Assembly (NCBI GenBank): GCA_963727485.1
Contig: CAVSGM010000003.1
Span: 192,001-256,000 of the forward strand
From: an uncultured delta proteobacterium
GTDB lineage: Bacteria > Myxococcota > Myxococcia > SLRQ01
DNA: 64,000 bases
Direction: 5' to 3'
Positions 46,779 to 58,626 of the stretch are shown piece by piece. The notes beneath the pieces are model-generated. The model did no database searches. It was not told where the DNA came from and was given only the letters and a program-made list of their open reading frames with translations. The first letter of the stretch is position 1. Every line of letters starts with the position of its first letter. A program made the position numbers and the translations under genes.

Positions 46779-48041
46779 GTGGACGCGGGAACCCGGGGGA
46801 GTCTGGAGCTGGTCGTCGGTGTCGCCGCCGGCGGCCTCAACGGCATCGACGCCTACGCCGAGGCGGTGGCCGACGCCGCCGCGGCCGCCGGGCACCGGGT
46901 GGTGCTGCTGGCCACCGGGGACGCCGTCGCCGCGGCCCTGCGCCGGCGCGCCGACCCGGCGGTGGAGGTGGTCTCCCTGGGCCTGCCGCCGCCCACCGGC
47001 GCCAGCCGCCTCGCCGACCGCCTCTCCTACCGGGTGCAGGTGGGCCGGGTGGCCCGGGCCCTGGGCCCGGTCCTCGCCCGCCTCGGCCGGCGCTTCGACG
47101 TGGCCCACCTCGCCCGCCCGCCCCTGGCCGCGGCCGCCCGCCCCTTCGCCCGGCGGGTGGTGGTCGCCGCCTGGTTCCACCCCCACGCCCTCGGCGGCCG
47201 CGTGGAGGAGACCTGGCGCCACACCCGGGGGCCGCTGGCGAGCCGCCTGCTCCTCACCGGGAAGTCGGTGGGCTACTACCTGGGAGACGCCCGGGGCTAC
47301 CGGGACGCGGACCTGGTGGTGGCCCCGACCCGGCGGCTCTCGCTCCAGCTCGGGGAGCTGGGGATCCGGGCGGCCGCCTGCCCGCCGCCGGTGCGCCGGG
47401 CCGTCCGGGACCGCCCGGCCGCCCGCGACGCCCAAGGCCCCGACGCTCCGAGGCACCTCCTGGTGGTCAGCGGCGACCTCACGCACCCGCGCAAGCACGT
47501 GGACGCCGCCGTGGGCGCCCTCGCCGAGCTCGCCGCCGAGGGCCGGGAGGTGACCCTCCACGCCATCGGCCGCCGGGGCGAGGCCCTCCTGCGCCGGGCC
47601 CCGGCCCTGCCCCCCGGCGCCGCCCTGGTCGTCGAGGGGCCGAGGACGCGCGCGGAGGTCCGGGTCGCCATGGCCGCCGCCGACGTCCTGGTCCTCCCCA
47701 GCCGCTACGAGGAGTGGGGCTACGTGGCGGTGGAGGCCCTCCTCGAGGGCACCCCGGTGGCCACCTTCCCGGTCTACCCCTTCGCCGAGATGCTCGCCGG
47801 GGACCTGGGGGCGGTGGCGGCCGGGCCCGGACCGGTGGCCCTGGCCGGTGCGGTGGCGAAGCTCCTCGATCGCCCGCGGCCCGCGGACCTCGTCGACCGG
47901 GCGGCGGCACGCTTCGGGGCCGAGGCGGTGGGACGGCGCCTCACGACCCTGTGGCACCAGGTCCTCGCGCGAGGCGGGGCGCTGCCGGTCGCACCAGGGA
48001 CCCGGCTGGCACCGACCGGGTCACCACCGCCCCCGCCATGA
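46779..48041 (+). CDS. Glycosyltransferase family 4-like
   Basis: HPRKHVD, ADVLVLPSRYEEWGYVAVEALLEGTPV (E-x7-E); start uncertain. Confidence 0.8.
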   Translation: MDAGTRGSLELVVGVAAGGLNGIDAYAEAVADAAAAAGHRVVLLATGDAVAAALRRRADPAVEVVSLGLPPPTGASRLADRLSYRVQVGRVARALGPVLARLGRRFDVAHLARPPLAAAARPFARRVVVAAWFHPHALGGRVEETWRHTRGPLASRLLLTGKSVGYYLGDARGYRDADLVVAPTRRLSLQLGELGIRAAACPPPVRRAVRDRPAARDAQGPDAPRHLLVVSGDLTHPRKHVDAAVGALAELAAEGREVTLHAIGRRGEALLRRAPALPPGAALVVEGPRTRAEVRVAMAAADVLVLPSRYEEWGYVAVEALLEGTPVATFPVYPFAEMLAGDLGAVAAGPGPVALAGAVAKLLDRPRPADLVDRAAARFGAEAVGRRLTTLWHQVLARGGALPVAPGTRLAPTGSPPPPP

Positions 48042-48552
48042 CCTTGGTCCGGGCCCCGATGGTCACCGGCCCGAGGATGGTGACCCCGGGGCCGAGGTGG
48101 ACGTCGTGCTCGAGGGTGGGGGCGCCCACCTCGCCGGTGTCCGGATCGGTGCCGGCGTCGAGGGTCACGTCGTGGAGCAGGACCGTCCCCGGCCCCAGGC
48201 GGACCCCGGCGCCGACGACGAGGCCGGTGCCGTGGATCACCGAGACGCCGGGCTCGAGGATGGCCCGGCGATCGATGTCCACCTGGTAGAGGTGGCGGAG
48301 GGCGGCGGAGGCGAGGCGCGCCGCGGTGGGGAGCCCGGCGGTCTCGAGGCAGGCGGCGGTGCGCGCGACCAGCAGCACCTGGAGGCCCACCTTGGTGACC
48401 AGCTCCCGCGGCAGGTCGACGGCGGTGAGCCGCTGCCCGAAGTACCGATCCCGGCCGGCGACCAGCGCCGCCCAGTCTCCGCGCACCCCGCGCCAGAGCC
48501 CGGTCATGGCCGCGACCGGTCCCCGCGGGCGCCCCCCTGACGGATCTGCCAT
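47941..48552 (-). CDS. Serine acetyltransferase-like hexapeptide-repeat acyltransferase
   Basis: VDIDRRAILEPGVSVIHGTGLVVG, PTLEHDVHLGPGVTILGPVTIG..AGAVVTRSVP. Confidence 0.8.
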   Translation of the reverse strand: MADPSGGRPRGPVAAMTGLWRGVRGDWAALVAGRDRYFGQRLTAVDLPRELVTKVGLQVLLVARTAACLETAGLPTAARLASAALRHLYQVDIDRRAILEPGVSVIHGTGLVVGAGVRLGPGTVLLHDVTLDAGTDPDTGEVGAPTLEHDVHLGPGVTILGPVTIGARTKVMAGAVVTRSVPAGSLVRPAAPRLARGPGATGS

Positions 48553-48709
48553 GCCACCCCCTTGATCACGGATCACGCGCGCGCGGGCGCGCTCACGCCT
48601 AGGGGAAGCGTGGGGCCCCCGGTGCCGCCGGGCAAGGGCCCTTGCGTCCGCGACGAGGCCCCCCAGGTTCTGCTATGCACCGGCGAGGAGGCCGGGGGCC
48701 GGAGCCGAC

Positions 48710-49306
48710 ATGCGCGAACCCAACGTCTACCTGCGGGAGATGATCCTCGAGGACCTGCCCAAGGTCTTCGCCCTCGGCGAGAAGCTGTTCACCGCCGAGA
48801 GCTGGCCCAACCTCTACCGCACCTGGGACGAGTACGAGCCGGTGGAGTTCTTCGCCTCCGAGGGGGAGACCTGCCTGGTGGCCGAGGACGAGGACAGCGG
48901 CCGGCTCCTGGGCTTCGTCCTGGGCACGGTGATCGAGAAGCGGCGCAGCGCCTGGACCTACGGCTACCTGGTGTGGCTGGCGGTGGAGCCCGACGCCAGG
49001 CGCTTCGGGGTGGGCAGCCGGCTCACCGAGAAGCTCACCGAGACCTTCATCGAGCTCGGGGCCCGGATGATGCTGGTGGACACCGACGCCGGGAACGACG
49101 TGGCCCTGACCTTCTTCGACCGCCACGGCTTCGGCCACCCGCGAAACCACGTCTACCTCACCAAGAACCTCACCGGGCACCGGGCCTACAAGCGGCTCCG
49201 GGAGGGGGGCAGCCGGCGCGCCGGCCACCTGCCGGCGCCCACCCGGGGTGGCCGGCTCCCCGAGGGTGGGGTCGCCACCGGCGACGATGGGGACGACGCC
49301 GGATGA
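48710..49306 (+). CDS. GNAT N-acetyltransferase
   Basis: YLVWLAVEPDARRFGVGSRL, N..ALTFFDRHGF. Confidence 0.88.
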   Translation: MREPNVYLREMILEDLPKVFALGEKLFTAESWPNLYRTWDEYEPVEFFASEGETCLVAEDEDSGRLLGFVLGTVIEKRRSAWTYGYLVWLAVEPDARRFGVGSRLTEKLTETFIELGARMMLVDTDAGNDVALTFFDRHGFGHPRNHVYLTKNLTGHRAYKRLREGGSRRAGHLPAPTRGGRLPEGGVATGDDGDDAG

Positions 49307-50454
49307 CGCCGCTGGCCCCCCTGGAGGCGGCGCTCTCCCGCCGGCGGCTCACCGACCTCCTGGTGGCGTCGGTCTCCCAGTTCAGCCCCCCGAACGCCGA
49401 GGGGCCGGCGACGAAGGTCTTCGCCGAGGCCCTGCGCGAAGGCGGCATCCCCTACCGCCTCCAGCCGGTCCCCGGGGCCGCCGGCGACCCCGGCCGCGCC
49501 AACCTGGTGGTGCAGCTCGGGCCCGACCCGGTGGGCCTCCACCTGGTGGGCCACGTGGACACCATCGACCTGGGCTTCGACGCCGAGCTCCGGGTGCGCC
49601 GGGACGGCGACCTCCTCTACGGCCTGGGCACCGCCGACATGAAGTCCGGGTGCGCCGCCATGGTCGAGGCCCTCACCGCGGTGGTGGCCAGCGAGGTCGA
49701 GCTCACCCGGGGGGTGCGCCTCTCGCTTCTGGTCGGCGAGGAGGACTACGGCGACGGCGCCGAGGCCCTCATCGCCGACGACCTCGAGCCGGTGCCCCTC
49801 ACCCTCATCGGCGAGCCCACGCGCCTCATCCCCTGCATCGATCACTACGGCTACGCCGAGTACCGCCTCTCGGGGGAGGGGCAGCGGGCCCACGCGGCGC
49901 TCCCCGAGCGCGGGGCCAACGCCATCCACGCCACCCTCGCCTGGGTCACCGAGGTCCTCACCGGCCTCGAGGCCCTCCCCTACGGCGACCGCACGGCGGT
50001 GAGCCTCCGGGAGATCCGCGGGGGCACCAGCCTCTTCGTCACCGCCGACGCCTGCGAGGTCCTCCTCGACATCCACCTCCCGCCGGAGGTCGGGGTCGAC
50101 GACGTGGTCGCCCTCATCGAGCGGACCCGCGCCGAGGTCGACGGGCGCCACCCGGGCTGCACCCTGGAGGCCGAGCAGGACTGGTGGGCCCCGGGCTACG
50201 TCGCCGGCCCCGGGAACGGGGCGGCCGAGACCCTGGCGCAGGCCTTCGCCGCGGTGGGCCGGCCCTTCGCGCCGGGGGTGTTCCGCTCCCACTCCGACGC
50301 CAACCTCTTCCGGGACGCGGGGACGGTGCCGGTGATCTGCGGGCCGGGGGCCCTCGAGGTCGCCCACACCGACGACGAGCACGTGAGCCTCACCGAGACC
50401 TTCGAGGCGGCGCGCCTCTACGCCGCCCTGATCGACCGGTGCTGCTCGGGCTAG
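49303..50454 (+). CDS. M20 metallohydrolase (ArgE/DapE-like)
   Basis: GHVDTI, YGLGTADMKSG, VGEE, GEPT, AHAA..GANAI, AHTDDE; ATGA coupling to GNAT. Confidence 0.88.
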   Translation: MTPLAPLEAALSRRRLTDLLVASVSQFSPPNAEGPATKVFAEALREGGIPYRLQPVPGAAGDPGRANLVVQLGPDPVGLHLVGHVDTIDLGFDAELRVRRDGDLLYGLGTADMKSGCAAMVEALTAVVASEVELTRGVRLSLLVGEEDYGDGAEALIADDLEPVPLTLIGEPTRLIPCIDHYGYAEYRLSGEGQRAHAALPERGANAIHATLAWVTEVLTGLEALPYGDRTAVSLREIRGGTSLFVTADACEVLLDIHLPPEVGVDDVVALIERTRAEVDGRHPGCTLEAEQDWWAPGYVAGPGNGAAETLAQAFAAVGRPFAPGVFRSHSDANLFRDAGTVPVICGPGALEVAHTDDEHVSLTETFEAARLYAALIDRCCSG

Positions 50455-51620
50455 AGCGCCTTCTCGTAGATGCGGTAGGTCTTGTACCGCTTGGAGCCGA
50501 GGGCCTCGATGGGCCGGTTGATGAGGTCGTTGTCCTCGAGGGTCCAGCCCATCTCGCAGGCGTTGAACCCGAGCTCGCGGCCGCGGTCGTAGGTGCGCAG
50601 GATGAGCAGCTCGTTGATCCCCCGGCGCCGGTAGCCCGGGAGGATGCCGAGGATCACCAGGCGGATGGTGTGCACCTTCTTCAGGGCGCTCATCAGCTTG
50701 ACCACCCCGATGGGCAGGCCGAAGGGGAAGAGCTTGCCGTTGATCCCCGAGATCCGCAGGGCCTCGTTGAGGTCGGGGAGCGCGAGCGAGAAGCCCACCG
50801 CCTCGCCGTCGACCTCGGCCATGAGGGCGAGGTCGGGGTTGACCAGCATCTTGAGGTCCTTCGCCAGGTGATCGAACTCGGCGTCGGTCATCTTCACGAA
50901 GCCCCAGTTGTCCTCCCAGGCGGTGTTGTAGATCTCCTTGATCTTCGCCACCTCGGCGTCGAACTGCTTCATCCGCACCGGGCGGATGGTGACCCCGCCG
51001 CGCTTGCCCAGCCGCTCGGCGATCCGCCGCCACTTCGGGGGCGGCTCCTGGGCGTCGGTGATCCAGTAGGCGTAGAGGTCCTTGGCCTTCTTCAGGCCCC
51101 AGCTCTCCAGGAGGCCGCCGTAGTAGGGCGGGTTGTGGGTCATCATCACCCGGGGCGGGGTGTCGAAGCCGTCGACGAGCAGGCCGCACTCGTAGTTGGT
51201 CGAGTAGTCGATGGGGCCGATGATCCCGGTGCGGCCCCGGGCCTTCACCCACTCGGCCGCGGCGTCGAGGAGGCTGTGGGCCACGCCCGGGTCGTCGATG
51301 GACTCGAACATCCCGAAGCACCCGACGTTGGTCCCGTGGACCTCGTTGTACCGCGGGTCGTCGCTCGCCAGGATCCGCCCCACCACCTCGCCGCCCCGGC
51401 GGGCGAGGAAGAGCGTCGCCGTCCCGTGCTTGTAGAACGGGTGCTTCTTGGGGTTGATGAAGTCCCGGCGGTCCATCAGCATCGGCGGCACCCAGTTGGG
51501 GTCGCCGGCCTGGGTCTTCCAGGGGACGCGGATGAAGAGGTTCCGGTCCGACGACGAGGTCACCTCGGTGATCTCGACGTCGGAGGCGGGGCGGGCGGGG
51601 TCGTGGGCGAGCTCGGCCAT
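50451..51620 (-). CDS. YghO-like GNAT-fold protein
   Basis: WVPPM..NPKKHPF, VGRI, FGMFESID, GLLVDGF, HNPPYY, AWEDNWGF, WTLEDN, YKTYRIYEK. Confidence 0.8.
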   Translation of the reverse strand: MAELAHDPARPASDVEITEVTSSSDRNLFIRVPWKTQAGDPNWVPPMLMDRRDFINPKKHPFYKHGTATLFLARRGGEVVGRILASDDPRYNEVHGTNVGCFGMFESIDDPGVAHSLLDAAAEWVKARGRTGIIGPIDYSTNYECGLLVDGFDTPPRVMMTHNPPYYGGLLESWGLKKAKDLYAYWITDAQEPPPKWRRIAERLGKRGGVTIRPVRMKQFDAEVAKIKEIYNTAWEDNWGFVKMTDAEFDHLAKDLKMLVNPDLALMAEVDGEAVGFSLALPDLNEALRISGINGKLFPFGLPIGVVKLMSALKKVHTIRLVILGILPGYRRRGINELLILRTYDRGRELGFNACEMGWTLEDNDLINRPIEALGSKRYKTYRIYEKAL

Positions 51621-51705
51621 GGCAGGTCTCCTCGGCAGGCGAGGGACCTACATGGCGCAATCGACCCGGCGCGTCAAATGACGTCTGGGGGCGGTGCCCG
51701 GGCGG

Positions 51706-52281
51706 TCAGAGGGCCGGCGGCGCGGGCGGCGAGGGCGCCCGCCGGCGGGCCGTGGTGCCCGCCTTCCGGGTGGCCTTCCGGGCCGTCTTCCGCGTCGCCT
51801 TCCGGGCCGTCTTCTTCGCGGCCTTCGGGGCGGCCTTCTTCGTCGCCTTCCGGGTCCCGGCCTTCTTGGCGGCCTTCGGGGCGGCCTTCTTCGCCGTCTT
51901 CCGGGTCCCGGCCTTCTTGGCGGTCTTCGGGGCGGCCTTCTTCGCCGTCTTCCTGCCGGTGGCCTTCCGGGCGGCCTTGTGGAAGCCGTTGCCCTGGGCC
52001 CTCGCCCTCGCGTCGGAGGCGGCCCGGCGCAGGGTGTCCCCGGCCCGGCCCATCGCCGAGGTGATCTCGTCGACCACCCGGCCCGTGGCGGCCTCGAGCT
52101 CCTGGGCGACCTCCTGCGCCCGGGCGGTCATCCGGTCGACCCGGGCTCCCGTGGTGTCGGCGACGTCGGCGGCGAGCCGCCGGGCGCTCTGCTGCACCTC
52201 CTCGGCGAAGACGTGCGCCCGTTGGATCACCTTCTTGCCGTCGAGGTTCTTTCCGCTGACCTTCGTGGTTCGTGCGGCCAT
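51706..52281 (-). CDS. Hypothetical protein with helical N-terminus and histone-like Lys/Ala/Arg tail
   Basis: Repeated KKAAPK/RKAT units; SD-like GGGGAACGAGAG before ATG. Confidence 0.7.
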   Translation of the reverse strand: MAARTTKVSGKNLDGKKVIQRAHVFAEEVQQSARRLAADVADTTGARVDRMTARAQEVAQELEAATGRVVDEITSAMGRAGDTLRRAASDARARAQGNGFHKAARKATGRKTAKKAAPKTAKKAGTRKTAKKAAPKAAKKAGTRKATKKAAPKAAKKTARKATRKTARKATRKAGTTARRRAPSPPAPPAL

Positions 52282-52377
52282 CTCTCGTTCCCCCTGTTGG
52301 TGCGGTGGATGGTCACCGGCAGTCTAGGGACGGTTGCGGAGGTTGCCATTCCTGGCAGGAACGGCAGATTGGTTTCC

Positions 52378-53316
52378 ATGGCCGCCGCCGCTCCCTCGCC
52401 CACGACCCTGCGCCTGCGCGCGGCGCTGCTCTCCCTGGTCATCGGGGCGCTGCTCCTGGCCATCAAGCTGGGGGCCTGGGCGCTCACCGGGTCCACCGCG
52501 GTCCTCTCCGACGCCCTGGAGAGCATCGTCAACGTGATCGCCGCGGGCTTCGCGGTCTACTCGGTCCACCTCTCCCGCAAGCCCCCGGATCTCGATCACC
52601 CCTACGGCCACGGGAAGATCGAGTTCCTCTCGGCGGGCTTCGAGGGCGGCCTCATCTTCGTCGCCGGGGGCCTGATCATCTTCGAGGCGACGCGGCGCCT
52701 TCTGGTCGGGGTCGCCCTGGCGCGCCTCTCCGAGGGCATCGGCCTGGTCGCCTTCGCCGCGGTGGTCAACCTCATCCTCGGCCTCTACCTCATCCGCACC
52801 GGCAAGAAGACCCACTCCCTGACCCTGGTCGCCGACGGCAAGCACCTGCTCACCGACGTCTACACCTCCGCCGCCACCGCCGCCGCCCTCGCGGTCGTCC
52901 TCCTCACCGGGTGGCGGTGGATCGACCCGGCGTTCGCCATCGTCGCCGCCCTCAACATCCTGCGCATCGGCCTGGGGCTGATGCGCGAGGCGGTGGGCGG
53001 GATCATGGACGAGGCCGACCCCGAGGATCTCAAGATCGTCGCCGAGGCCCTCGCCCACCTCGACGACCCCCTCTTCGTCGGGTGGTCCCAGCTCCGCTCC
53101 CGGCACCAGGGGGCGCTCCACCACGTGGATCTCACCGTCTACGTCCCCGACGAGACCGCCGTCGCGGCCGGCCACGCCCTGGCCGACCGGGTGGAGCGGA
53201 CCATCGCCAGCGCCCTCGGGGAGGCCGAGGTCATCTGCCACGTGGAGCCCGAGTCGTTGCGCCGGCGCCTCGACGAGGCCCTGGCGGTGCGGCCTCGGGC
53301 CGAGGCCCGCCCCTGA
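52378..53316 (+). CDS. Cation diffusion facilitator transporter
   Basis: STAVLSDALESIVN, PPDLDHPYGHGKIE, ADGKHLLTDV, HVEP. Confidence 0.92.
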   Translation: MAAAAPSPTTLRLRAALLSLVIGALLLAIKLGAWALTGSTAVLSDALESIVNVIAAGFAVYSVHLSRKPPDLDHPYGHGKIEFLSAGFEGGLIFVAGGLIIFEATRRLLVGVALARLSEGIGLVAFAAVVNLILGLYLIRTGKKTHSLTLVADGKHLLTDVYTSAATAAALAVVLLTGWRWIDPAFAIVAALNILRIGLGLMREAVGGIMDEADPEDLKIVAEALAHLDDPLFVGWSQLRSRHQGALHHVDLTVYVPDETAVAAGHALADRVERTIASALGEAEVICHVEPESLRRRLDEALAVRPRAEARP

Positions 53317-53393
53317 CGGCCCGGGCGCGGACACCGGGGCAGGCGCACCGCCCGCTTGCCCTGCCCGGGCGGGTGGACTAACACCAGCGCCCT

Positions 53394-53687
53394 ATGGCGC
53401 TCACCCCCGAAGAGGTCCGCAAGGTCGCCGCGCTGGCCCACCTCGCCCTGTCCCCGGACGAGGAGGCCCGCCTCGCCGGCGAGCTCTCCCAGAATCCTCC
53501 ACTACGTGGAGCGGCTCGAGTCCCTCGACACCGAGGGGGTCGAGCCCCTGGCCCACGTCCACGACGTGAGCTGCCCGATGCGCGACGACGACGCCCGGCC
53601 GTCGCTCACCCCGGCCGCGGCCCTGAAGAACGCCCCGGCCACCGAGGGCACCAGCATCGTGGTGCCCAAGATCATCGAGGAGGCGTC

Positions 53688-53691
<4 letters not shown>
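53394..53691 (+). CDS. gatC: Amidotransferase subunit C, one indel near 53490
   Basis: [12 protein letters not shown].., [37 protein letters not shown]17-TAACAC upstream. Confidence 0.9.
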
Positions 53692-55153
<1,462 letters not shown>

Positions 55154-55154
<1 letters not shown>

Positions 55155-56615
55155 TGGCCGACATCGAGAAGGTCCTTCAGACCTGGGAGCCGGTCATCGG
55201 CCTCGAGGTCCACATCCAGCTGAACACCGCGTCCAAGATCTTCTGCGGCTGCTCCACCGGCTTCGGCGCCGAGCCCAACAGCCACACCTGCCCGGTGTGC
55301 CTGGGCCACCCCGGGGTGCTGCCGGTCCTGAACCGCAAGGTGGTCGACTTCGCCATCACCCTGGGCCTGGCGCTCGGCTGCGAGATCCGCCCGAGGAGCG
55401 TGTGGGCAAGGAAGAACTACTTCTACCCGGACCTCCCCAAGGGCTACCAGATCAGCCAGTTCGAGCTGCCCATCTGCGAGCACGGCAGGCTCACCTTCGA
55501 GGTGGAGGAGGGCGAGCCGGTGACCGTGGGCATCACCCGGATCCACATGGAGGAGGACGCCGGGAAGAACACCCACGTCGCCGGGGCCGACCGGTCGCTG
55601 GTGGACCTCAACCGCGCCGGGGTGCCGCTCCTGGAGATGGTCAGTGAGCCGGACCTGCGCCACCCGGCCCAGGCGCCGGCCTACCTCAAGACCCTGCGGA
55701 GCATCGTGCGCTATCTGGGGATCAGCGACGGGAACCTCCAGGAGGGGTCGCTGCGCTGCGACGCCAACGTGTCGCTGCGCCGGCGCGGCACGGAGAAGTT
55801 CGGCACCCGCACCGAGACCAAGAACCTCAACTCCTTCCGCTTCGTCCAGAAGGCCCTGGAGTACGAGATCGTCCGCCAGGCGGCCCAGCTGGAGAACGGC
55901 GAGGCGGTGGTCCAGGAGACCCGCCTCTACGACAGCGACCGGGACGAGACGCGGCCCATGCGCTCCAAGGAAGAGGCGAACGACTACCGCTACTTCCCCG
56001 AGCCGGACCTCCCGCCGCTGGTGGTGGACACCGACTGGGTCAAGCGCATCGCCGACGAGCTCCCGGAGCTGGCGCTCGCCCGGGCGCAGCGCTTCGAAGC
56101 GGCCTACGGGATCTCCGCCGTACGACGCGAGGGTGCTCACCGCCGAGCGCGACGTCGCCGACTGGTTCGAGGCCGCCTGCACCGCCTACGAGGGCGAGGG
56201 CAAGAAGGTCAGCAACTGGATGCAGACCGAGGTGCTCCGCGAGCTCAACGAGGGGGGCGGGGCGCTCTCGGACCTCAAGGTCACCCCCGAGCGCCTCGGG
56301 GAGCTCCTGCGCCTGGTCGACGGCGGGAAGATCTCCGGGTCGGCGGCCAAGGAGGTCTTCGCCGAGATGGCGAAGACCGGGCACGCCCCCGACGCCATCG
56401 TCGCCGAGAAGGGCCTGACCCAGGTCTCCGACACCGGGGAGCTCGAGGCAATCGTCGACGAGGTGATCGCCGCGAACCCCAAGGAGGCCGAGGCCTACAG
56501 AGGTGGGAAGACCGCCCTGGTGGGCTTCTTCATGGGCCAGGTGATGAAGGCGTCCAAGGGCAAGGCGAACCCCAAGGTCGTCAAGCCGCTCATCGAGAAG
56601 AAGCTCGGGGGGTAG
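55154..56615 (+). CDS. gatB: Amidotransferase subunit B, one indel near 56120
   Basis: [65 protein letters not shown]. Confidence 0.96.
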
Positions 56616-56732
56616 GCGGGCGACGGGTCCCGGGGCCGGCTCGGCGTCGGTCGCCGGTGGCCCCCGGCGTGCCCTTGGGGTATCCTCCGGACCGCTGTTC
56701 GGGGGAACCGCTTCCTTGGGGAGGAGCACGCC

Positions 56733-57650
56733 ATGACGCGCGCCGTATCGTCCAGGTCGTTGCATCGCCTGATGCCCGGTCTCACCGCTGCCCTGGTACT
56801 GGCGCTCACCGGCTGCCAGGGCGCCAAGGGGCCCGCCGGTCCCACGGGCCCCGCAGGGCCCACCGGCGCCACCGGGACCCAGGGCCCCGCCGGACCCGTC
56901 GGGCCTGCCGGTCCCGCCGGGCCCGCCGGCGCGGGCTACACCCAGATCATCGTGGTCTCGCCCGGGGCCGACCCGGTCGCCGGGGGCGCGGCGCTCCTCG
57001 CGGCCCTCGCCGACCCCCGCCGGCCGGTGGTGGTCAAGCTCGAGCCGGGCACCTACCAGCTCGGGGGCACCAACGCCGCCGGGTTCACCCTCGACGCGGG
57101 CCAGGTCCTCGAGGGCTCGGGGCAGCAGATCACCCACATCGTGGGCGGCGGCGGCGAGGTGCACCTGGGCAGCCACGCGGCCCTGCGCGACCTCACCTAC
57201 GGCGAGGGCAACGGGGGGAACGGCCAGACCGTGATCTGGATGGACGCCCCCACCGCCGAGCTCCGGGACGTCACCGTGAACGTGGTCTCCACCAACAGCT
57301 CGGCCGCGGCGGTGACCGGCCAGGGGACGCTGGTCGACGCCTCGATCACCGCCTCGGCGAACGCCAGCGGGACCTCGGCCTTCGGCGTGGTGGCCACCGG
57401 CACCGTCTCCATCCGCGGCAGCCGGATCCAGGTGCCGGCGTCGGGTCACGGGGTCTCGGTCACCAACGGCCAGACGGTGACCGTCGTGGGGAGCACCATC
57501 TTCGGCTCCGCCGACTGCATCCACCTGGGGACCGGGAGCACCGCCAGCATCGTCCGGTCGGAGATCGGCACCCCGGTGGCCATGAGCGGCGCGACCTGCG
57601 TCAACAGCTACGACGCCGCGTTGGCGCCCCTCAACGGGAGCTGCCAGTGA
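56733..57650 (+). CDS. Collagen-repeat lipoprotein with beta-helix-like domain, paralog 1
   Basis: LTG-C lipobox; about 13 Gly-X-Y; LEPGTY; ends [17 protein letters not shown]. Confidence 0.85.
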   Translation: MTRAVSSRSLHRLMPGLTAALVLALTGCQGAKGPAGPTGPAGPTGATGTQGPAGPVGPAGPAGPAGAGYTQIIVVSPGADPVAGGAALLAALADPRRPVVVKLEPGTYQLGGTNAAGFTLDAGQVLEGSGQQITHIVGGGGEVHLGSHAALRDLTYGEGNGGNGQTVIWMDAPTAELRDVTVNVVSTNSSAAAVTGQGTLVDASITASANASGTSAFGVVATGTVSIRGSRIQVPASGHGVSVTNGQTVTVVGSTIFGSADCIHLGTGSTASIVRSEIGTPVAMSGATCVNSYDAALAPLNGSCQ

Positions 57651-58528
57651 GCCGCCTCCCGACGCTGCTCGCCGGGGCGCTCCTCCTCGCCGCCGCCGGG
57701 TGCACCGGGGCCACCGGGCCCGCCGGTCCGACCGGACCCGCCGGGGCGACGGGCCCCAAAGGTGCCACCGGCCCCGCCGGCCCGCAGGGTCCCGCGGGTC
57801 CCCAGGGGCCCGCCGGGGTCGTCTACACCCACACGATCATCGTCCACCCCGGGGCCACCCCCGAGGACGGTGGCAAGGCGCTCCTCGCGGCGCTGGCCGA
57901 CACCCAGCGCCCCGAGCTGATCCACGTCGAGCCGGGGACCTACGCCCTGGGCCGCCCCGGCGCCGTCGGCGTCTGGCATCTGGGCGACGACCGGGTCCTC
58001 GAGGGCTCGGGACAGGGGGTCACCCTCCTCCAGGGTGGCGGCGGGAGCGGGTCCGTCGGGGCCCGGTCCACCGTCCGTGACCTGACCTACGAGGAGAGCC
58101 ACAACCTCTTCGGCTCGGCGGCGATCTACCTGGGCGACAACAGCTCGGAGCTGCGCCACGTGACCCTCCAGCTCTCGGTGCCCGCGGGGGGGAACGGCGC
58201 CGGCCTCACGGCCCAGGGCACCCTCGACGACGTCACCCTCCTGGGCAGCAACGTCCGCGGGGTGGTGGTGCCAGATGGACAGGCCCTGCGCATCCACGAC
58301 AGCCGGATCTCCACCAGCAACGCCTCGGTGGTCGTGGTGGGGACCGGCTCGAGCCTCACGGTGCGCGAGAGCGCCATCTTCGGGGCCACCAACTGCATCT
58401 TCCTCAACAGCGGCAGCACCGCGATCGTCGCCGACTCGGAGGTCGGCACCCCAATCACCAACCCCGGCGCCACCTGCGTGTTCGCCTACGACGCCGCCCT
58501 CGCGCCCCTGAACGCGAGCTGTCAGTAG
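57647..58528 (+). CDS. Collagen-repeat lipoprotein, paralog 2
   Basis: GTGA coupling; AAG-C; about 13 Gly-X-Y; VEPGTY; ends [17 protein letters not shown]. Confidence 0.85.
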   Translation: MSRLPTLLAGALLLAAAGCTGATGPAGPTGPAGATGPKGATGPAGPQGPAGPQGPAGVVYTHTIIVHPGATPEDGGKALLAALADTQRPELIHVEPGTYALGRPGAVGVWHLGDDRVLEGSGQGVTLLQGGGGSGSVGARSTVRDLTYEESHNLFGSAAIYLGDNSSELRHVTLQLSVPAGGNGAGLTAQGTLDDVTLLGSNVRGVVVPDGQALRIHDSRISTSNASVVVVGTGSSLTVRESAIFGATNCIFLNSGSTAIVADSEVGTPITNPGATCVFAYDAALAPLNASCQ

Positions 58529-58539
58529 CGTCGCCCTCG

Positions 58540-58626
58540 CCCGATCTGGGGAGGGTCCGGCCGGCGCGTGGCCCCCTATCCTGGCGCCCCACTCCCACGG
58601 GCTGCATGGCCCAGGAAGGTGCCGAG
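58540..58626 (+). promoter_or_regulatory. Leader shared with paralog 4
   Basis: gtggccccctatcctggcgccccactc..gggct..ggcccaggaaggtgcc vs 60548-60607. Confidence 0.7.
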
